DNA of 64,000 nt from Rhizobium sp. Q54 (GCA_945904955.1 CAMDPO010000011.1:259-64258), one strand, 5' to 3'; numbered from the stretch's first letter, positions 50,301-61,068 are shown. Notes: generated by a model from the sequence alone, not told the origin. Program-made: numbers and translations.

Positions 50301-53150
50301 TTGACCGATACCCCGCCGCCACCCGCCGCCCGCGACGTTTTCCCGATCAGCGTCGAGGAGGAGATGCGGCGCTCGTACCTCGATTACGCCATGAGCGTAA
50401 TCGTGTCGCGCGCGCTCCCCGACATCCGCGACGGCCTCAAGCCGGTGCATCGCCGCGTCCTCTACGGCATGCGCGAGGGCGGCTACACGTCCGACAAGCA
50501 CTACCGTAAGTGCGCCCGCGTCGTCGGCGACATCATCGGCAAATACCATCCGCACGGCGAGTCGTCGGTCTACGACGCCCTCGTGCGCATGACCCAAGAC
50601 TTCTCCATGCGCCTGCCGCTGCTCGACGGCCAGGGCAACTTCGGTTCCATGGACGGCGATCCGCCGGCGGCCATGCGCTACACCGAGGTGCGCCTGCTCC
50701 CGGCCGGCGAGGCGCTGCTCGCCGACATCGACCTCGACACCGTCGACTTCCAGCCGAACTACGACGAGACCGAGCGCGAGCCGCTCGTGCTGCCCTCGCG
50801 CATCCCGAACTTGCTGGTCAACGGCGCCGGCGGCATCGCCGTCGGCATGGCGACCAACATCCCCACGCACAATCTCGGCGAGGTGATCGACGCCATCTTC
50901 GCCTACATGGAGAAGCCCGAGATCACCATCGACGAGCTGATGGCGTTCATCCCCGGCCCGGACTTCCCGACCGGCGGCGTCATCCTCGGCAACGCCGGCG
51001 CGCGCAGCGCCTACCACACCGGCCGCGGCTCCATCACCATTCGTGGCCGCGTCCATATGGAGGAGCTCGCCAAGGAACGCACGGCCATCATCATCGATGA
51101 CATTCCGTTCCAGGTGAACAAGGCCAAGATGATCGAGGCGATCGCGCTCGCCTCGCGCGAGAAGCGCATCGAGGGCATCTCTGAGATCCGCGACGAATCC
51201 TCGCGCGAAGGCGTGCGCGTCGTCATCGAGGTGCGCAAGGACGCGACGCCCGAGATCGTCCTCAACCAGGTCTACCGCCTGTCCGACCTGCAGACCAACT
51301 TCAGCTTCAACATGGTGGCCCTCACCGAAGGCCGCCCGTCGCTCCTCGACCTCAAAGCATTCATCGCCGCCTTCGTCGCCTTCCGCGAAGTCGTCATCAC
51401 TCGCCGCACGCGCCACGTGCTCGACAAGGCGCGCGAACGCGCCCAGATCTTGGTCGGCCTCGCCATCGCCGTCGCCAACATCGACGAGGTCGTCAAGCTC
51501 ATCCGCCGCTCGCCCGACCCGGCCGAAGCGCGGCGGCTCCTGATGGAGCGCGACTGGCCGGCCGCCGACGTCACCGGGCTCTTGGAGCTGATCGACGATC
51601 CGACTCAGCGCCTCAGCCCGAAGGGCACGTACCGGCTGAACGACGCCCAGGCGCGCGCCATCCTCGACCTGCGCCTGCAGCGCCTCACCGGCCTCGAGCG
51701 CACCAAGATCGACGAAGAGCTCAAAGAGCTCGCCGACAAGATTCGCGGCTACCTCGACATCCTCGCCAGCCGCGCGCGCCTGCGCACGGTGATGCGCGAC
51801 GAGCTGCTCGACGTGAAGAAGAAGTTCGCCACCCCGCGCCGCACCGAGATCGGCCAGGCAGTCGGCGAGACCATCGACGAAGACCTCATCGAGCGCGAGG
51901 ACATGGTCATCACGGTGACCCAGTCCGGCTACATCAAGCGCACGCCGCTGTCGGTCTACCGCGCCCAGCGCCGCGGCGGCAAAGGCCGTACCGGCATGGC
52001 GACGCGCGAAGAGGACGTGGTGACGGAAGTCTTCGTCGCCAACACCCACACCGAGGTGCTGTTCTTCTCGACCATCGGCAAAGTCTACAAGACCAAGGTC
52101 TACAAGCTGCCGCTCGCCAGTCCGCAAGCCAAGGGCAAGGCGATGATCAACCTGTTGCCCCTCACCGAGGGCGAGATGATCGCCGCCGTGATGCCGTGGC
52201 CAGGCGGCGCCATGGCCGGCGGCGAGACGATTGCCGACCGCGTCAGCGGCATGGGCCTGTTCTTTGCCACCGCCAAGGGCAACGTCCGCCGCAACGCGCT
52301 CGCCGACTTCGCCAACATCCGCCCCTCCGGCGTCCTCGCCATCGACACCCGCGAAGGCGACCGCCTCATTGGCGTGCGTCCGTGCAACGCCGACCAGGAC
52401 ATCCTGCTCGCCGCGCGCAACGGCAAGTGCGTGCGCTTCCCCGTCGCCTCCATGCGCATCGCCCGGCGCGGCCGCTCGTTCGGCGTGCGCGGCATGCGCC
52501 TGACCGAGGGCGACGAGGTCATCTCCGTGTCCGTGCTCGGCCACGTCAAGGCCGAGACCGAGCAGCGCGACGAGTACCTGAAGGCCGTCAGCGCCCGTCG
52601 CCGCCTCGCCGGCGGCGACTACACCGGCCGCGAGGACGACCGCGCCCGCGACGCGGAGACCGCCGCCAAGCTGGACTCCGACGAAATGAAGGCGATGGGG
52701 CAGAAGGAAGAGTTCGTCCTCTCCGTCACCCAGAACGGTTTCGGCAAGCGCACGTCCGCCTACGAGTACCGCATCACGTCCCGCGGCGGCTCCGGCATCA
52801 CCAACATCGACACCTCGGCGCGCAACGGCAAAGTGGCTGCCTCGTTCCCGGTCGAAGACGGCGACCATGTCGTCATGATGTCCGACGGCGGCCGCATCAT
52901 CCGCATGTCGGTGGACGACATCCGCGTCGCCGGCCGCAACACCCAGGGCGTCACCCTGTTCACGACGGCCGAGGGCGAAAAGGTCGTGTCCGTCGCCCAC
53001 CTGTCGCGCCCCGGCGACGACGACGCCGCCGCCACCGAGAAGCCGCCGGAGAGCGCCGCACCCGAAGAAGAATCGGTGGAAGAAGAGATCGTCGAGGAGG
53101 AGATCGAGGAGGACGTCCCCGACGCCGAAGTCGAGGAAGAGGACTCCTAG
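50301..53150 (+). CDS. gyrA: DNA gyrase subunit A
   Basis: TTG start. N-terminal [27 protein letters not shown] and catalytic Tyr region, 949 aa with an acidic tail. Confidence 0.9.
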   Translation: MTDTPPPPAARDVFPISVEEEMRRSYLDYAMSVIVSRALPDIRDGLKPVHRRVLYGMREGGYTSDKHYRKCARVVGDIIGKYHPHGESSVYDALVRMTQDFSMRLPLLDGQGNFGSMDGDPPAAMRYTEVRLLPAGEALLADIDLDTVDFQPNYDETEREPLVLPSRIPNLLVNGAGGIAVGMATNIPTHNLGEVIDAIFAYMEKPEITIDELMAFIPGPDFPTGGVILGNAGARSAYHTGRGSITIRGRVHMEELAKERTAIIIDDIPFQVNKAKMIEAIALASREKRIEGISEIRDESSREGVRVVIEVRKDATPEIVLNQVYRLSDLQTNFSFNMVALTEGRPSLLDLKAFIAAFVAFREVVITRRTRHVLDKARERAQILVGLAIAVANIDEVVKLIRRSPDPAEARRLLMERDWPAADVTGLLELIDDPTQRLSPKGTYRLNDAQARAILDLRLQRLTGLERTKIDEELKELADKIRGYLDILASRARLRTVMRDELLDVKKKFATPRRTEIGQAVGETIDEDLIEREDMVITVTQSGYIKRTPLSVYRAQRRGGKGRTGMATREEDVVTEVFVANTHTEVLFFSTIGKVYKTKVYKLPLASPQAKGKAMINLLPLTEGEMIAAVMPWPGGAMAGGETIADRVSGMGLFFATAKGNVRRNALADFANIRPSGVLAIDTREGDRLIGVRPCNADQDILLAARNGKCVRFPVASMRIARRGRSFGVRGMRLTEGDEVISVSVLGHVKAETEQRDEYLKAVSARRRLAGGDYTGREDDRARDAETAAKLDSDEMKAMGQKEEFVLSVTQNGFGKRTSAYEYRITSRGGSGITNIDTSARNGKVAASFPVEDGDHVVMMSDGGRIIRMSVDDIRVAGRNTQGVTLFTTAEGEKVVSVAHLSRPGDDDAAATEKPPESAAPEEESVEEEIVEEEIEEDVPDAEVEEEDS

Positions 53151-53758
53151 TGGTTGGCCCGAAGGTCGTCCGCGCCGAAACGTCGCGCGGGCCGCGCGCC
53201 ATCGGCGCGACTCGCGCCGCCGGCTCCCGGCGCGGCAAGCGCGTCGCGGTCTATCCGGGCACGTTCGACCCGATCACCAACGGGCACATGGACATCATCA
53301 GCCGCGCCACCAAGGTCGCGGACCACCTGATCATCGGCCTCAGCGAGCACTCGTCCAAGACGCCGCTCTTCAGCCGCGACGAGCGCCTGGAGATGATCTC
53401 CGCCGAGATCGAACCGGTGCGGGGCCTCAACGGCGCCGAGATCGAAGTCCGCATCCTCGACCGGCTGCTGATGACGTTCGTGCAAGACGTCGGCGCCAGT
53501 TTCGTCATCCGCGGCCTGCGCGCCGTCTCCGACTTCGACTACGAGCTACAGATGGCCGGCATCAACGCCCGGCTCAACCCCGAAGCCGAAACCATCTTCC
53601 TCATGGCGTCCGAACAAAACCTGTTCATCGCCTCGAGCCTGGTGCGCGAGATCGCCGCCCTGGGCGGCGACGTCTCCAGCTTCGTCTCCCCCCGCGTCCA
53701 CGAACGCCTGAAATCCCGCTTCGCCGAGAATCAGACCCGCGCCCAACGCGCGCGCTAG
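53150..53758 (+). CDS. coaD: phosphopantetheine adenylyltransferase
   Basis: VYPGTFDPITNGH nucleotidyltransferase motif. The only in-frame start is a GTG overlapping the gyrA stop, giving a ~33-aa N-terminal extension. Start uncertain. Confidence 0.7.
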   Translation: MVGPKVVRAETSRGPRAIGATRAAGSRRGKRVAVYPGTFDPITNGHMDIISRATKVADHLIIGLSEHSSKTPLFSRDERLEMISAEIEPVRGLNGAEIEVRILDRLLMTFVQDVGASFVIRGLRAVSDFDYELQMAGINARLNPEAETIFLMASEQNLFIASSLVREIAALGGDVSSFVSPRVHERLKSRFAENQTRAQRAR

Positions 53759-53805
53759 GTGGATCGGAAGCGCGCGCGGCGCGCGCGACAAGTCTCTCCT
53801 GCGGC

Positions 53806-53834
53806 GTCATTGCGAGCGCAGCGAAGCAATCCAG
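53806..53834. repeat. REP element family B (GTCATTGCGAGCGCAGCGAAGCAATCCAG)
   Basis: Matches 27370-27398. Confidence 0.6.
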
Positions 53835-54242
53835 CTCTGTCCACGCGCGCCAGTCTCCCGCTGCTCCTCACCCTGAGCCCGTCGAAGGATGAGCTCGTGA
53901 GCCGCGCCGCCGCGACCCTCACTATGACCTGTGCCACGGCACGCTCCATCAGGTCACGGCCTTAACGCACCTCCGCATGCAACGACGGCAACCCGGGCAA
54001 CGACCTCCAGCTGCCCGCCGACAAGCTCATGGGCGACATGAGCGGCGACGCCAACGCGCCGGACGAGGACAACGAGTCCGAGGAGCCGGGCGAGGGTGAC
54101 GACGAGTCCGGCGACGACGAGTCCAAGGACAAGTCCGAAACCGCTCAATGGCACCGCGGACCCCGCATCCAGCCGCCGTCGCGCGGCTGGATGCGCCGAC
54201 GCGCCCACGTACCTTAGAAATCCCTCGTCCGCTCCACGTTCA

Positions 54243-54320
54243 GTCCCTCGCCCGCTTCAGCGGGAAAGGGTTGCCGCAGCTTGGCGCGTCAGCGCCTAGC
54301 GCAGGCTGGGGGAGGGTGTG
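54243..54320. repeat. REP-like element family A/D
   Basis: ccctcgcccgcttcagcgggaaaggg...ggcgcgtcagcgcctagcgcaggctggggg, sibling of 42902-42982. Confidence 0.55.
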
Positions 54321-54355
54321 TTGTCTTGTCGCTCATGGAGCACCGGACCCGCTGA

Positions 54356-54589
54356 CTACGAGTTCGCGGCTCCATCCCCCAGCAGAGCACCCCTCACCTT
54401 CGCCGCGGTCACCAAACAGTCTGCCAGCACGTTCGCCCCGAGACCGGTCCCGGATCGAGCGCACGCCGCCCGATCGGCGACGAACCTCTCCATTGCCACC
54501 GCATTCCGCGCGCCGATCACGTTCGACCACGCGAATCCGATCACGGTCCCAACAAGCGCAGTGACGAGCAGCAGACGGGCAGGGGTCAT
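54356..54589 (-). CDS. hypothetical small secreted/membrane-anchored protein (77 aa)
   Basis: GGAGG located 8 nt upstream of ATG (MTPARLLLVTALVGTVIGFA signal-like N-terminus). Divergent from an AT-rich promoter region. Confidence 0.3.
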   Translation of the reverse strand: MTPARLLLVTALVGTVIGFAWSNVIGARNAVAMERFVADRAACARSGTGLGANVLADCLVTAAKVRGALLGDGAANS

Positions 54590-54660
54590 GGGAGCCTCCG
54601 GCAACGCTACGGCTAGATGTTCATGAAATGTTCACTATGTCAAATGCAGCGCAGTGTGTA

Positions 54661-54688
54661 TTGACAGCGATACATATCGTAGTATATC
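54661..54688 (+). promoter_or_regulatory. putative sigma70-type promoter (TTGACA-16nt-TATATC) in an AT-rich divergent control region
   Basis: Only AT-rich island in the neighbourhood. TTGACA hexamers are present on both strands. Perfect 8-bp palindrome TTCATGAA and direct repeat ATGTTCA-N4-ATGTTCA at 54616-54640. Confidence 0.35.
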
Positions 54689-54724
54689 CATGCGGTAACT
54701 CAACGCTTTCCGGAGCCGCCTCCC

Positions 54725-55534
54725 ATGCTCACCCAACACGAATCGTCACGCGGCCGTGATCTGCATATCCACGGCATATCCAATGCGCCCGAACCCCCAC
54801 TCGCCGCCCCGCCGAGCCGCAAGCCGCGCGGCAAACCCTTCGGCACCGATGGCCACTACGGCGGCCGCCCGCCCGGTTCGCGCAACAAGACCACCCTGCT
54901 CGCCGAGTCGTTGCTCGACGGCGAGATGGACAACATCGTGCGCCGCACCATCGACCACGCCATGGCCGGCCATCCCACCGCCATGCGTCTGGTGGTGGAG
55001 CGCCTCGTGCCGCGCCGCAGCCGCCGAGCACCGTTCGAGCTGCCGCCCATCCACACCAAGGACGACGCCATCGAAGCGATGAAACGCGTGCCGGCCCTCG
55101 TCGCCGCGGGCGAGCTCGATGCGCGCGAAGGCGCCTCGCTGGCCGCGACGCTCGACCAGACCTACCGTGCGCTGCAGCACGCCGAGAACAGTGCCCAAGC
55201 CGCAGAACTGATCCGCAACCTCCGGTTCGGGCAACCCACGCAGGAAGAAGAAGTCAGCGCGGAACCGCCGCCGGCCGCCTCCGAACCCGCGGCGGAAGAG
55301 GTGCCCCAGGCCGAGCCCGAACCCGACGCGGTCGTCACTAGCGCCGCCGATGCCGACGCCCTGGAGCTGCCGACCAGCTACATGGACGGCGACGGCGCCG
55401 AGCGCGCCCGCCGCGAGCTCGGCCTCGACCCGCGCGCCGACGGCATGCTCGCCGTCCTGGAGAACCCGGACCTGGTCGCGCCGCGCCTCATTTCCTGGAA
55501 CCGGCAGCGAAGCACGTCCGCAGGCACGGGCTAG
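54725..55534 (+). CDS. DUF5681-like protein (phage-associated; G-R-P-x-G-S-R-N-K motif)
   Basis: N-terminal KPRGKPFGTDGHYGGRPPGSRNKTTLLAESLLDGEMDN resembles DUF5681 proteins of alphaproteobacterial prophage/GTA-like regions. Acidic Pro/Glu-rich middle. Confidence 0.45.
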   Translation: MLTQHESSRGRDLHIHGISNAPEPPLAAPPSRKPRGKPFGTDGHYGGRPPGSRNKTTLLAESLLDGEMDNIVRRTIDHAMAGHPTAMRLVVERLVPRRSRRAPFELPPIHTKDDAIEAMKRVPALVAAGELDAREGASLAATLDQTYRALQHAENSAQAAELIRNLRFGQPTQEEEVSAEPPPAASEPAAEEVPQAEPEPDAVVTSAADADALELPTSYMDGDGAERARRELGLDPRADGMLAVLENPDLVAPRLISWNRQRSTSAGTG

Positions 55535-55574
55535 CCGCCGCAACGTCCCCACGGTGTGCTAGGAAGCGCCGCCC

Positions 55575-56705
55575 ATGGACGTGAGCACCTTCGACTTCGA
55601 TCTGCCGCGCACTCTCATCGCCCAGCGCCCGGCGCGGCCGCGCGACGCGGCGCGCCTGCTCGAAGTCCGTCCCGATGCGCTCGTCGACCGCCGCGTCACC
55701 GAGCTGGCCGAGTGCCTGCGCCCCGGCGACCTGCTCGTTTTCAACGACACCCGCGTCCTGCCCGCGCGCCTGACCGGCACCCGGGCCGCGCCAAGCGTCG
55801 CGCCGGAGGCGCGCAACCAACGCACGACCGCCAGCATCGAAGTGACCTTGAACCGCGCGCTGGGAGGAGGGCAGTGGAGCGTCCTCGCTCGCCCCGCCAA
55901 GCGTCTGCGCCCCGGCGACGTGGTGACGTTCGATGATCTCCGCGCCGAAGTCGTCGATCGCCACGAAGGCGAAGTCATCCTCGCCTTCGCCGGCGGCGAC
56001 ACCGCCTTGTTCGCGGCTGTCGAGCGCATCGGCGCCATGCCGCTGCCGCCCTACATGGGCCGCGACGCCGACGCCGCCGACCGCGACGACTACCAGACGA
56101 TGTTCGCGCGCGTGCGCGGCGCAGTCGCCGCCCCCACCGCCGCGCTGCACTTCACCCCGCGCGTCATCGCTGCGCTCGAATCCGCCGGCATCGCCCGCAC
56201 CTTCGTGACGCTCCACGTCGGCGCCGGTACATTCCTGCCGGTGACCGCCACCGACACCGACCAGCACCACATGCACCCCGAGTGGGGCGAGGTACCGCCG
56301 TCCTGCGTCGCCGCCGTGCGCGCCACCCGCGACCGCGGCGGCCGCGTCGTCGCCGTCGGAACCACTGCCTTACGCCTCCTGGAAACCGCCGCGTCGGACG
56401 ATCGCACCGTGCGCACCTTCCAGGGCGACACCTCGATCTTCATCACCCCCGGCTACCGTTTCCGCGCCGTGGACCTGTTGCTCACCAACTTCCACCTGCC
56501 GCGCTCGACCCTCTTCATGTTGGTCTGCGCCTTCGCCGGCACCGCGCAAATGCAAAGCGCCTACGCCCACGCCAAGTCGAGCGGCTACCGCTTCTACTCC
56601 TACGGCGACGCAACCCTGCTGCACCCCGCGTCCCCTCCCCCTGCGTCGCGCGGGACGCGCGCTGGGCGCGCGGAGCGCGCCTCCGGCACGACGGGGGAGG
56701 GCTAG
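55575..56705 (+). CDS. queA: S-adenosylmethionine:tRNA ribosyltransferase-isomerase
   Basis: F.F.LP..LIAQ.P N-terminus and FHLP.STL motif. 376 aa. Confidence 0.85.
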   Translation: MDVSTFDFDLPRTLIAQRPARPRDAARLLEVRPDALVDRRVTELAECLRPGDLLVFNDTRVLPARLTGTRAAPSVAPEARNQRTTASIEVTLNRALGGGQWSVLARPAKRLRPGDVVTFDDLRAEVVDRHEGEVILAFAGGDTALFAAVERIGAMPLPPYMGRDADAADRDDYQTMFARVRGAVAAPTAALHFTPRVIAALESAGIARTFVTLHVGAGTFLPVTATDTDQHHMHPEWGEVPPSCVAAVRATRDRGGRVVAVGTTALRLLETAASDDRTVRTFQGDTSIFITPGYRFRAVDLLLTNFHLPRSTLFMLVCAFAGTAQMQSAYAHAKSSGYRFYSYGDATLLHPASPPPASRGTRAGRAERASGTTGEG

Positions 56706-56721
56706 GGTGAGGGTCAAGAAA

Positions 56722-57057
56722 ATGTCTGACCTGACTCCGATCGCGCGTCGTTTGCGCGCGGACCCGACCGAGGCCGAGAAGCGCCTTTGGTCGCGCCTCC
56801 GCGCTGGCCAACTCAACGGCCTCGTCTTCCGCCGCCAGGAACCCATCGGCCCGTACGTCGTCGACCTCGTCTGCACCCGCGCGCAGCTCGTCGTCGAAGT
56901 CGATGGTGGCCAACACGCCGACAGCCCCAGCGACGTCGAACGCGACGCCTACCTGCGCGACCGCGGCTACCGCGTCCTTCGCATTTGGAACAACGACGTC
57001 ATGAGCAACACCGACGGCGTGCTGCAGCGCATCGCCGAGGTCGCAGCGGAACAATGA
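56722..57057 (+). CDS. DUF559 endonuclease-domain protein (Vsr-like fold)
   Basis: ARRLR..T.AE..LW..LR...GL.FRRQ..IG.Y.VD..C....LVVE.DG..H pattern. ATG chosen after the upstream REP sequence. Confidence 0.6.
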   Translation: MSDLTPIARRLRADPTEAEKRLWSRLRAGQLNGLVFRRQEPIGPYVVDLVCTRAQLVVEVDGGQHADSPSDVERDAYLRDRGYRVLRIWNNDVMSNTDGVLQRIAEVAAEQ

Positions 57058-57065
57058 GTTCTCTT

Positions 57066-57152
57066 GCCCCTCTCCCTAACCCTCTCCCCATGCGGGGAGA
57101 GGGGACTCCGTCCCGACTCCCTCCCCCTGCAAAGGGGGAGGGCAGGGTGAGG
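57066..57152. repeat. composite MITE-like element family C
   Basis: cccctctccctaaccctctccccatgcggggagagggg...ccctccccctgcaaagggggagggcagggtgagggtc. Confidence 0.55.
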
Positions 57153-57178
57153 GTCATGCAAACTTGCGCGCAGCGCAC

Positions 57179-58297
57179 ATGACTTCCTTCCACTTCACCC
57201 TCCACAAGACCGACGGCCTTGCCCGCCTCGGCACCCTGCACACCGCTCATGGTGCCGTGCAGACGCCGACCTTCATGCCCGTCGGCACCGCGGCGACCGT
57301 GAAGGCGATGGCGCCCGACGACATCCTCGCCACCGGCGCCGAGATGATCCTCGGCAACACCTATCACCTCATGCTGCGCCCGACCGCCGAGCGCATCGAT
57401 CGGCTCGGCGGCCTGCACACGTTCATGGGTTGGTCGCGTCCCATCCTCACCGACTCCGGCGGCTACCAGGTCATGTCCCTCAGTGCGCTGCGCCGCATCG
57501 AGGAGTCCGGCGTCACCTTCCGCTCCCACATCGACGGCAGCGAGCATGTGCTGACCCCCGAGCGCGCCGTCGAGATCCAGCGCCTGCTCGGCTCCGACGT
57601 CACCATGGTGCTCGACGAATGCCCGCCCTTCGGCGTCTCCGAGGACGAGCACGCCGCCTCCATGCGCCGTTCCATGCGCTGGGCCGAGCGCTGCCGCGCC
57701 GCCTGGACGCCGCGCGACGGATACGGCCTGTTCGGCATCGTCCAGGGCGGCACCTTCCCCGATCTGCGCGCCGAGTCGGCCGCCGCCCTGCAGGCCATTG
57801 GCTTCGAGGGCTACGCCATCGGCGGCCTCGCCGTGGGCGAGGACGCCGCCACCATGCTGTCCACCACCGAGTCCACCACGGCCCACCTGCCGGCCGACCG
57901 GCCGCGCTACCTTATGGGGGTGGGCAAGCCCGATCAGCTGGTAGGCGCGGTGCTACGCGGCATCGACATGTTCGACTGCGTGTTGCCGACGCGGTCCGGA
58001 CGCACCGGCCAGGCGTTCACGCGCCACGGCACGTTGAACCTGCGCAATGCCTGCCATGTAGACGACACAAGTCCACTCGATGCTGACTGCCGGTGCCTCG
58101 CCTGCTCAAACTTTACGCGCGCCTACCTCAGTCACCTGACGCGCACCGGGGAGATTCTGGGAGCGATGCTGCTAACCCGTCACAACATCACGTTCTACGA
58201 GGATGTGATGGCCGAACTTCGCACCGCCATCGCCGCAGGCAATGCTGCAGCGTGGTCGGAGACATTCTTGGCGCGCTACCGTGAGACGCCCCGATGA
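57179..58297 (+). CDS. tgt: queuine tRNA-ribosyltransferase
   Basis: Start at MTSFHF by alignment to the E. coli Tgt N-terminus. Zinc site CxCxxC...H ([17 protein letters not shown]). queA-tgt linkage. Confidence 0.9.
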   Translation: MTSFHFTLHKTDGLARLGTLHTAHGAVQTPTFMPVGTAATVKAMAPDDILATGAEMILGNTYHLMLRPTAERIDRLGGLHTFMGWSRPILTDSGGYQVMSLSALRRIEESGVTFRSHIDGSEHVLTPERAVEIQRLLGSDVTMVLDECPPFGVSEDEHAASMRRSMRWAERCRAAWTPRDGYGLFGIVQGGTFPDLRAESAAALQAIGFEGYAIGGLAVGEDAATMLSTTESTTAHLPADRPRYLMGVGKPDQLVGAVLRGIDMFDCVLPTRSGRTGQAFTRHGTLNLRNACHVDDTSPLDADCRCLACSNFTRAYLSHLTRTGEILGAMLLTRHNITFYEDVMAELRTAIAAGNAAAWSETFLARYRETPR

Positions 58298-59184
58298 CGG
58301 ATGCAGCAGAGTTTCGCCGGCATTCGCAGGACGCCTTGGCGCGCGGCAATCTCGACCTCGCCGTAGCGTACCTGCAGACCGCCCTGCGACAGGATCCCGC
58401 CGATCGGGAGTCCTATCACACACTGGGGCGCCTACTGCGGTTGGCAGGACGCGGGGACAGTGCGGCTGCTTGGTACAAAGCGTGCCTGCATCGCTACCCC
58501 GATGACTCGGTAGCGCGCATGGGCCTTGCTGCGTTGGGTCAGGGACCCGCCCCCGACCGTCTGCCCGACGATGTCGTCTTGTACATCTTCGATCGCAACG
58601 CCAAAGTCTACGAGACCAACATGGAAGGGTTGGCGTATCGGATTCCCGAAACGCTCACCCCCATGTTGGCGGCGGAGAAGGGCACCGCGCGCGGCGATCT
58701 CGACATCCTCGACTTGGGGTGCGGCAGCGGCTGGTGCGGACCGCTGTTGCGTCCATTCGCGCGTCGCCTGGTCGGCCTCGACCTGTCGCCCGCCATGCTC
58801 GACCTCGCCCGCGCCAAGAACGCCTACGACGAGCTTGTCGAAGGCGAGATTCTCGGTGCTCTGCAGGGTGGCCGCCTCGGCACGTTCGATGCCATCGTCG
58901 CCGCCAACGTCGTCCTCTACTTCGGCAAGCTGGAACCGCTCGCCGAGGCCATCACCAAGAGCCTCAAGCCCTCCGGCGCCTTCGTCTTCGACGTCGAGAA
59001 GGGCGCCACCGATCGCGCCGAGTTCCACTCGGCCGGCCGCTTCACCCACGGCCGCCAGCTCCTGGAGCGCGTCTTCGCGCCGCCGCTCTACGCCCGCTCC
59101 CGCATCCAGGAAACCGTCATGCGCACCGAGGCCGGCCGCCCGGTGCACGCTCTGTGCTGCGTCGCAACCGCGCCCGCCGCCTAG
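58294..59184 (+). CDS. class I SAM-dependent methyltransferase with N-terminal TPR-like segment
   Basis: SAM motif [11 protein letters not shown] and motif post-[12 protein letters not shown]. 296 aa. Confidence 0.6.
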   Translation: MTDAAEFRRHSQDALARGNLDLAVAYLQTALRQDPADRESYHTLGRLLRLAGRGDSAAAWYKACLHRYPDDSVARMGLAALGQGPAPDRLPDDVVLYIFDRNAKVYETNMEGLAYRIPETLTPMLAAEKGTARGDLDILDLGCGSGWCGPLLRPFARRLVGLDLSPAMLDLARAKNAYDELVEGEILGALQGGRLGTFDAIVAANVVLYFGKLEPLAEAITKSLKPSGAFVFDVEKGATDRAEFHSAGRFTHGRQLLERVFAPPLYARSRIQETVMRTEAGRPVHALCCVATAPAA

Positions 59185-59189
59185 CCACT

Positions 59190-59300
59190 ACCCCTCGCCC
59201 CGCATGGGGAGCGGGCAGGGTGAGGGGCAAGAGAATCATCGTTCTCGCGCAGCTTGTTGACCCTCACCCCGGCCCTCTCCCTATGCAGGGAGAGGGGGTA
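59190..59300. repeat. composite MITE-like element family C
   Basis: Near copy of 50049-50160, including the internal core gcaaSagaatc...ttgaccctcacccc. Confidence 0.6.
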
Positions 59301-59324
59301 GTCAACCCCGCGGCGGCACGCAAA

Positions 59325-59362
59325 CCCTCACGCTGAGCTTGTCGAAGCGGGAGGCTCAATAC
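59325..59362. repeat. REP-like element family E (core CTGAGCTTGTCGAAGC)
   Basis: ccctcacgctgagcttgtcgaagcgggagg, paired with 7630-7668. Confidence 0.55.
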
Positions 59363-59396
59363 GCTAGAGTAGGCGAGGTTTTTTTCTGGAGATTCG

Positions 59397-59819
59397 ATGC
59401 GCACGACTGTTGCAGACGTCCTGCGTCGCCGCACCGGCAAGGTCGTCACGACCACCCCCGGCGTCCTCCTCGGGGACGCCGCCCGTGACCTCGCCGCGCG
59501 GGACATCGGCTTCCTGCCGGTATGTGATGCCAAGGGCGCCCTGGTCGGCGTCCTGTCCGAGCGCGACATCGTCAAGGTGCTCGCCAATGAGGGCGCCAAG
59601 GTCGCCACCGTCAAAGTGGAAGAGGTGTTCACGCGCGAGGCGGTCACCTGCACGCCGAGCACCGACGTGCACGGCGCCATCGCCGTGATGCACGAGAAGC
59701 GCATCCGCCATCTGCCCGTCATCGACGGCGGCAAGCTGATCGGCGTCGTCAGCCTCAATGATCTCGTCATCCACCTGCTGCGCGAGGCGGAGCAGGTGGT
59801 CGAACCGTTCGTTTTGTAG
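59397..59819 (+). CDS. CBS domain pair protein
   Basis: Two CBS motifs (FLPVCDAKGALVGVLSERDIV, HLPVIDGGKLIGVVSLNDLV). 140 aa. Confidence 0.7.
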   Translation: MRTTVADVLRRRTGKVVTTTPGVLLGDAARDLAARDIGFLPVCDAKGALVGVLSERDIVKVLANEGAKVATVKVEEVFTREAVTCTPSTDVHGAIAVMHEKRIRHLPVIDGGKLIGVVSLNDLVIHLLREAEQVVEPFVL

Positions 59820-60328
59820 TGGAGGAGGGTACCGTGCCTGACATGAAGGGCAACGTCATGTCCGCCGACGTGGCGCGCCGCTGGTCCGATGATCTGCAGC
59901 GCCGCGTCTTCGCCGGCACCCTCAATCGCTTGTCGGTCGAGGACTGGAACGAGCTGCTGTGGCGCGCCCGCGTGCGCGAGTACAAGTACAACGACCAGCT
60001 CTTCAAGCAGGGCCAGGTGCCCGACGGCCTCTACATCGTCACCGACGGCGAGGTGCGCATCGAGCGCACCGACCACCAGCGCTCCGCCCATCTGGCGCGC
60101 CTCGGCCCGGGCAGCGTGCTCGGCGAGATGTCGTTCCTCGACCAGTCCGGCGCCTCCGCCTCGGTCGCCGCCGACGGCAAGGTCGAAATCCTCTACGTCG
60201 AGTCCAAGGACCTCACGGCCCTGCTGGAGGGTGACCAGGGCTTCGCCGCCCGCTTCTACCACTCGCTGGCCACCACCCTGTCGCGCCGCCTGCGCGCCAC
60301 CAACGAGTTGATCCTGGGACGCTTCTAG
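59819..60328 (+). CDS. cyclic nucleotide-binding domain protein (stand-alone CAP-effector-like domain)
   Basis: cNMP-binding beta-roll (FKQGQVPDGLYIVTDGEVRIER...GPGSVLGEMSFL). GTG start overlapping the CBS gene stop. Confidence 0.6.
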   Translation: MEEGTVPDMKGNVMSADVARRWSDDLQRRVFAGTLNRLSVEDWNELLWRARVREYKYNDQLFKQGQVPDGLYIVTDGEVRIERTDHQRSAHLARLGPGSVLGEMSFLDQSGASASVAADGKVEILYVESKDLTALLEGDQGFAARFYHSLATTLSRRLRATNELILGRF

Positions 60329-60345
60329 GGCTATCAGACAGCGAC

Positions 60346-60420
60346 GGGCGCGTAGCTCAGTGGTAGAGCGGCAAACTTTTAATTTGTAGGTCCCGGGTTC
60401 GAACCCCGGCGCGCTCACCA
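60346..60420 (+). tRNA. tRNA-Lys (anticodon UUU)
   Basis: Cloverleaf: 7-bp acceptor stem GGGCGCG/CGCGCTC, D-arm GCTCAGTGGTAGAGC, anticodon loop CUUUUAA, T-arm CCGGGTTCGAACCCCGG, 3' ACCA. Confidence 0.85.
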
Positions 60421-60534
60421 AGTCTCCTCGCCGGCGGGCGTGAGACACCCCAGATAGAGATCAGGCTGGAACGCTCTCCCGTCCGCCGGACCGTGTGCCG
60501 CCATTCCCGTCCCGAGGCCAGATTCCCGCGCCGC

Positions 60535-61068
60535 CTACGCCTTGCGGAAGGACAGCACCACCTCGCCCAGCCGGAAGCCGAACTTGCTCATGACCGAGTG
60601 GTTCAGCATCACGCGCGAATCCTGCAGGTACATCCAATCGTCGAACGTGACGTTGTAGGTGCGCCCATCCACCTCGAGCGCGAGGCGGTACACCCACTGC
60701 AACGCATTGCCATAGGCTCGGCCCTGCGCGGTGCCGATGACGTCGCCCGCGGTCCCGGTATAGGTGTGCGCATCGGACTTGTGGATGGTCCACACGCGGC
60801 GCGAGGCGGTGCCGTCGGCGTAGGTGAAGTTCTCGTCGAGCACCAGCGCGTCGCCCTGAGTCGAACCCTCGATCGCCACCGTGAAACGGCGCACGACGCG
60901 GCCGGAACGATCGGCAAAGTAGCCCCACGCATCGACGCGGCCGTTGAAGTACTCGTAAAGATCGAGCGTGGGCTTTTCGGAGGCATATACCTCGGGCGAG
61001 ACGCCGGCGCACCCTGTAACGAACAGGATCGGCGCGGTCAGCAACGCAAGCAGGCGCGGGTATTTCAT
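60535..61068 (-). CDS. DUF3833 family lipoprotein
   Basis: Start MKYPRLLALLTAPILFVTGCAG (lipobox), 177 aa. Start overlaps the MFS stop (ATGA). Confidence 0.5.
   Translation of the reverse strand: MKYPRLLALLTAPILFVTGCAGVSPEVYASEKPTLDLYEYFNGRVDAWGYFADRSGRVVRRFTVAIEGSTQGDALVLDENFTYADGTASRRVWTIHKSDAHTYTGTAGDVIGTAQGRAYGNALQWVYRLALEVDGRTYNVTFDDWMYLQDSRVMLNHSVMSKFGFRLGEVVLSFRKA

Noticed and set aside
54029-54217. 62-aa highly acidic ORF (DEDNESEEPGEGDDESGDDESKDK)
   Set aside because: No RBS or start context. Overlaps an equally long antisense ORF. The region also contains a hairpin (CATCCAGCCGC...GCGGCTGGATG) and is more likely a structured spacer.
60346-60420. Possible genomic island integrated at tRNA-Lys
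   Set aside because: No integrase, no direct repeat of the tRNA 3' end, and normal GC downstream. Downstream genes form a conserved-looking operon.
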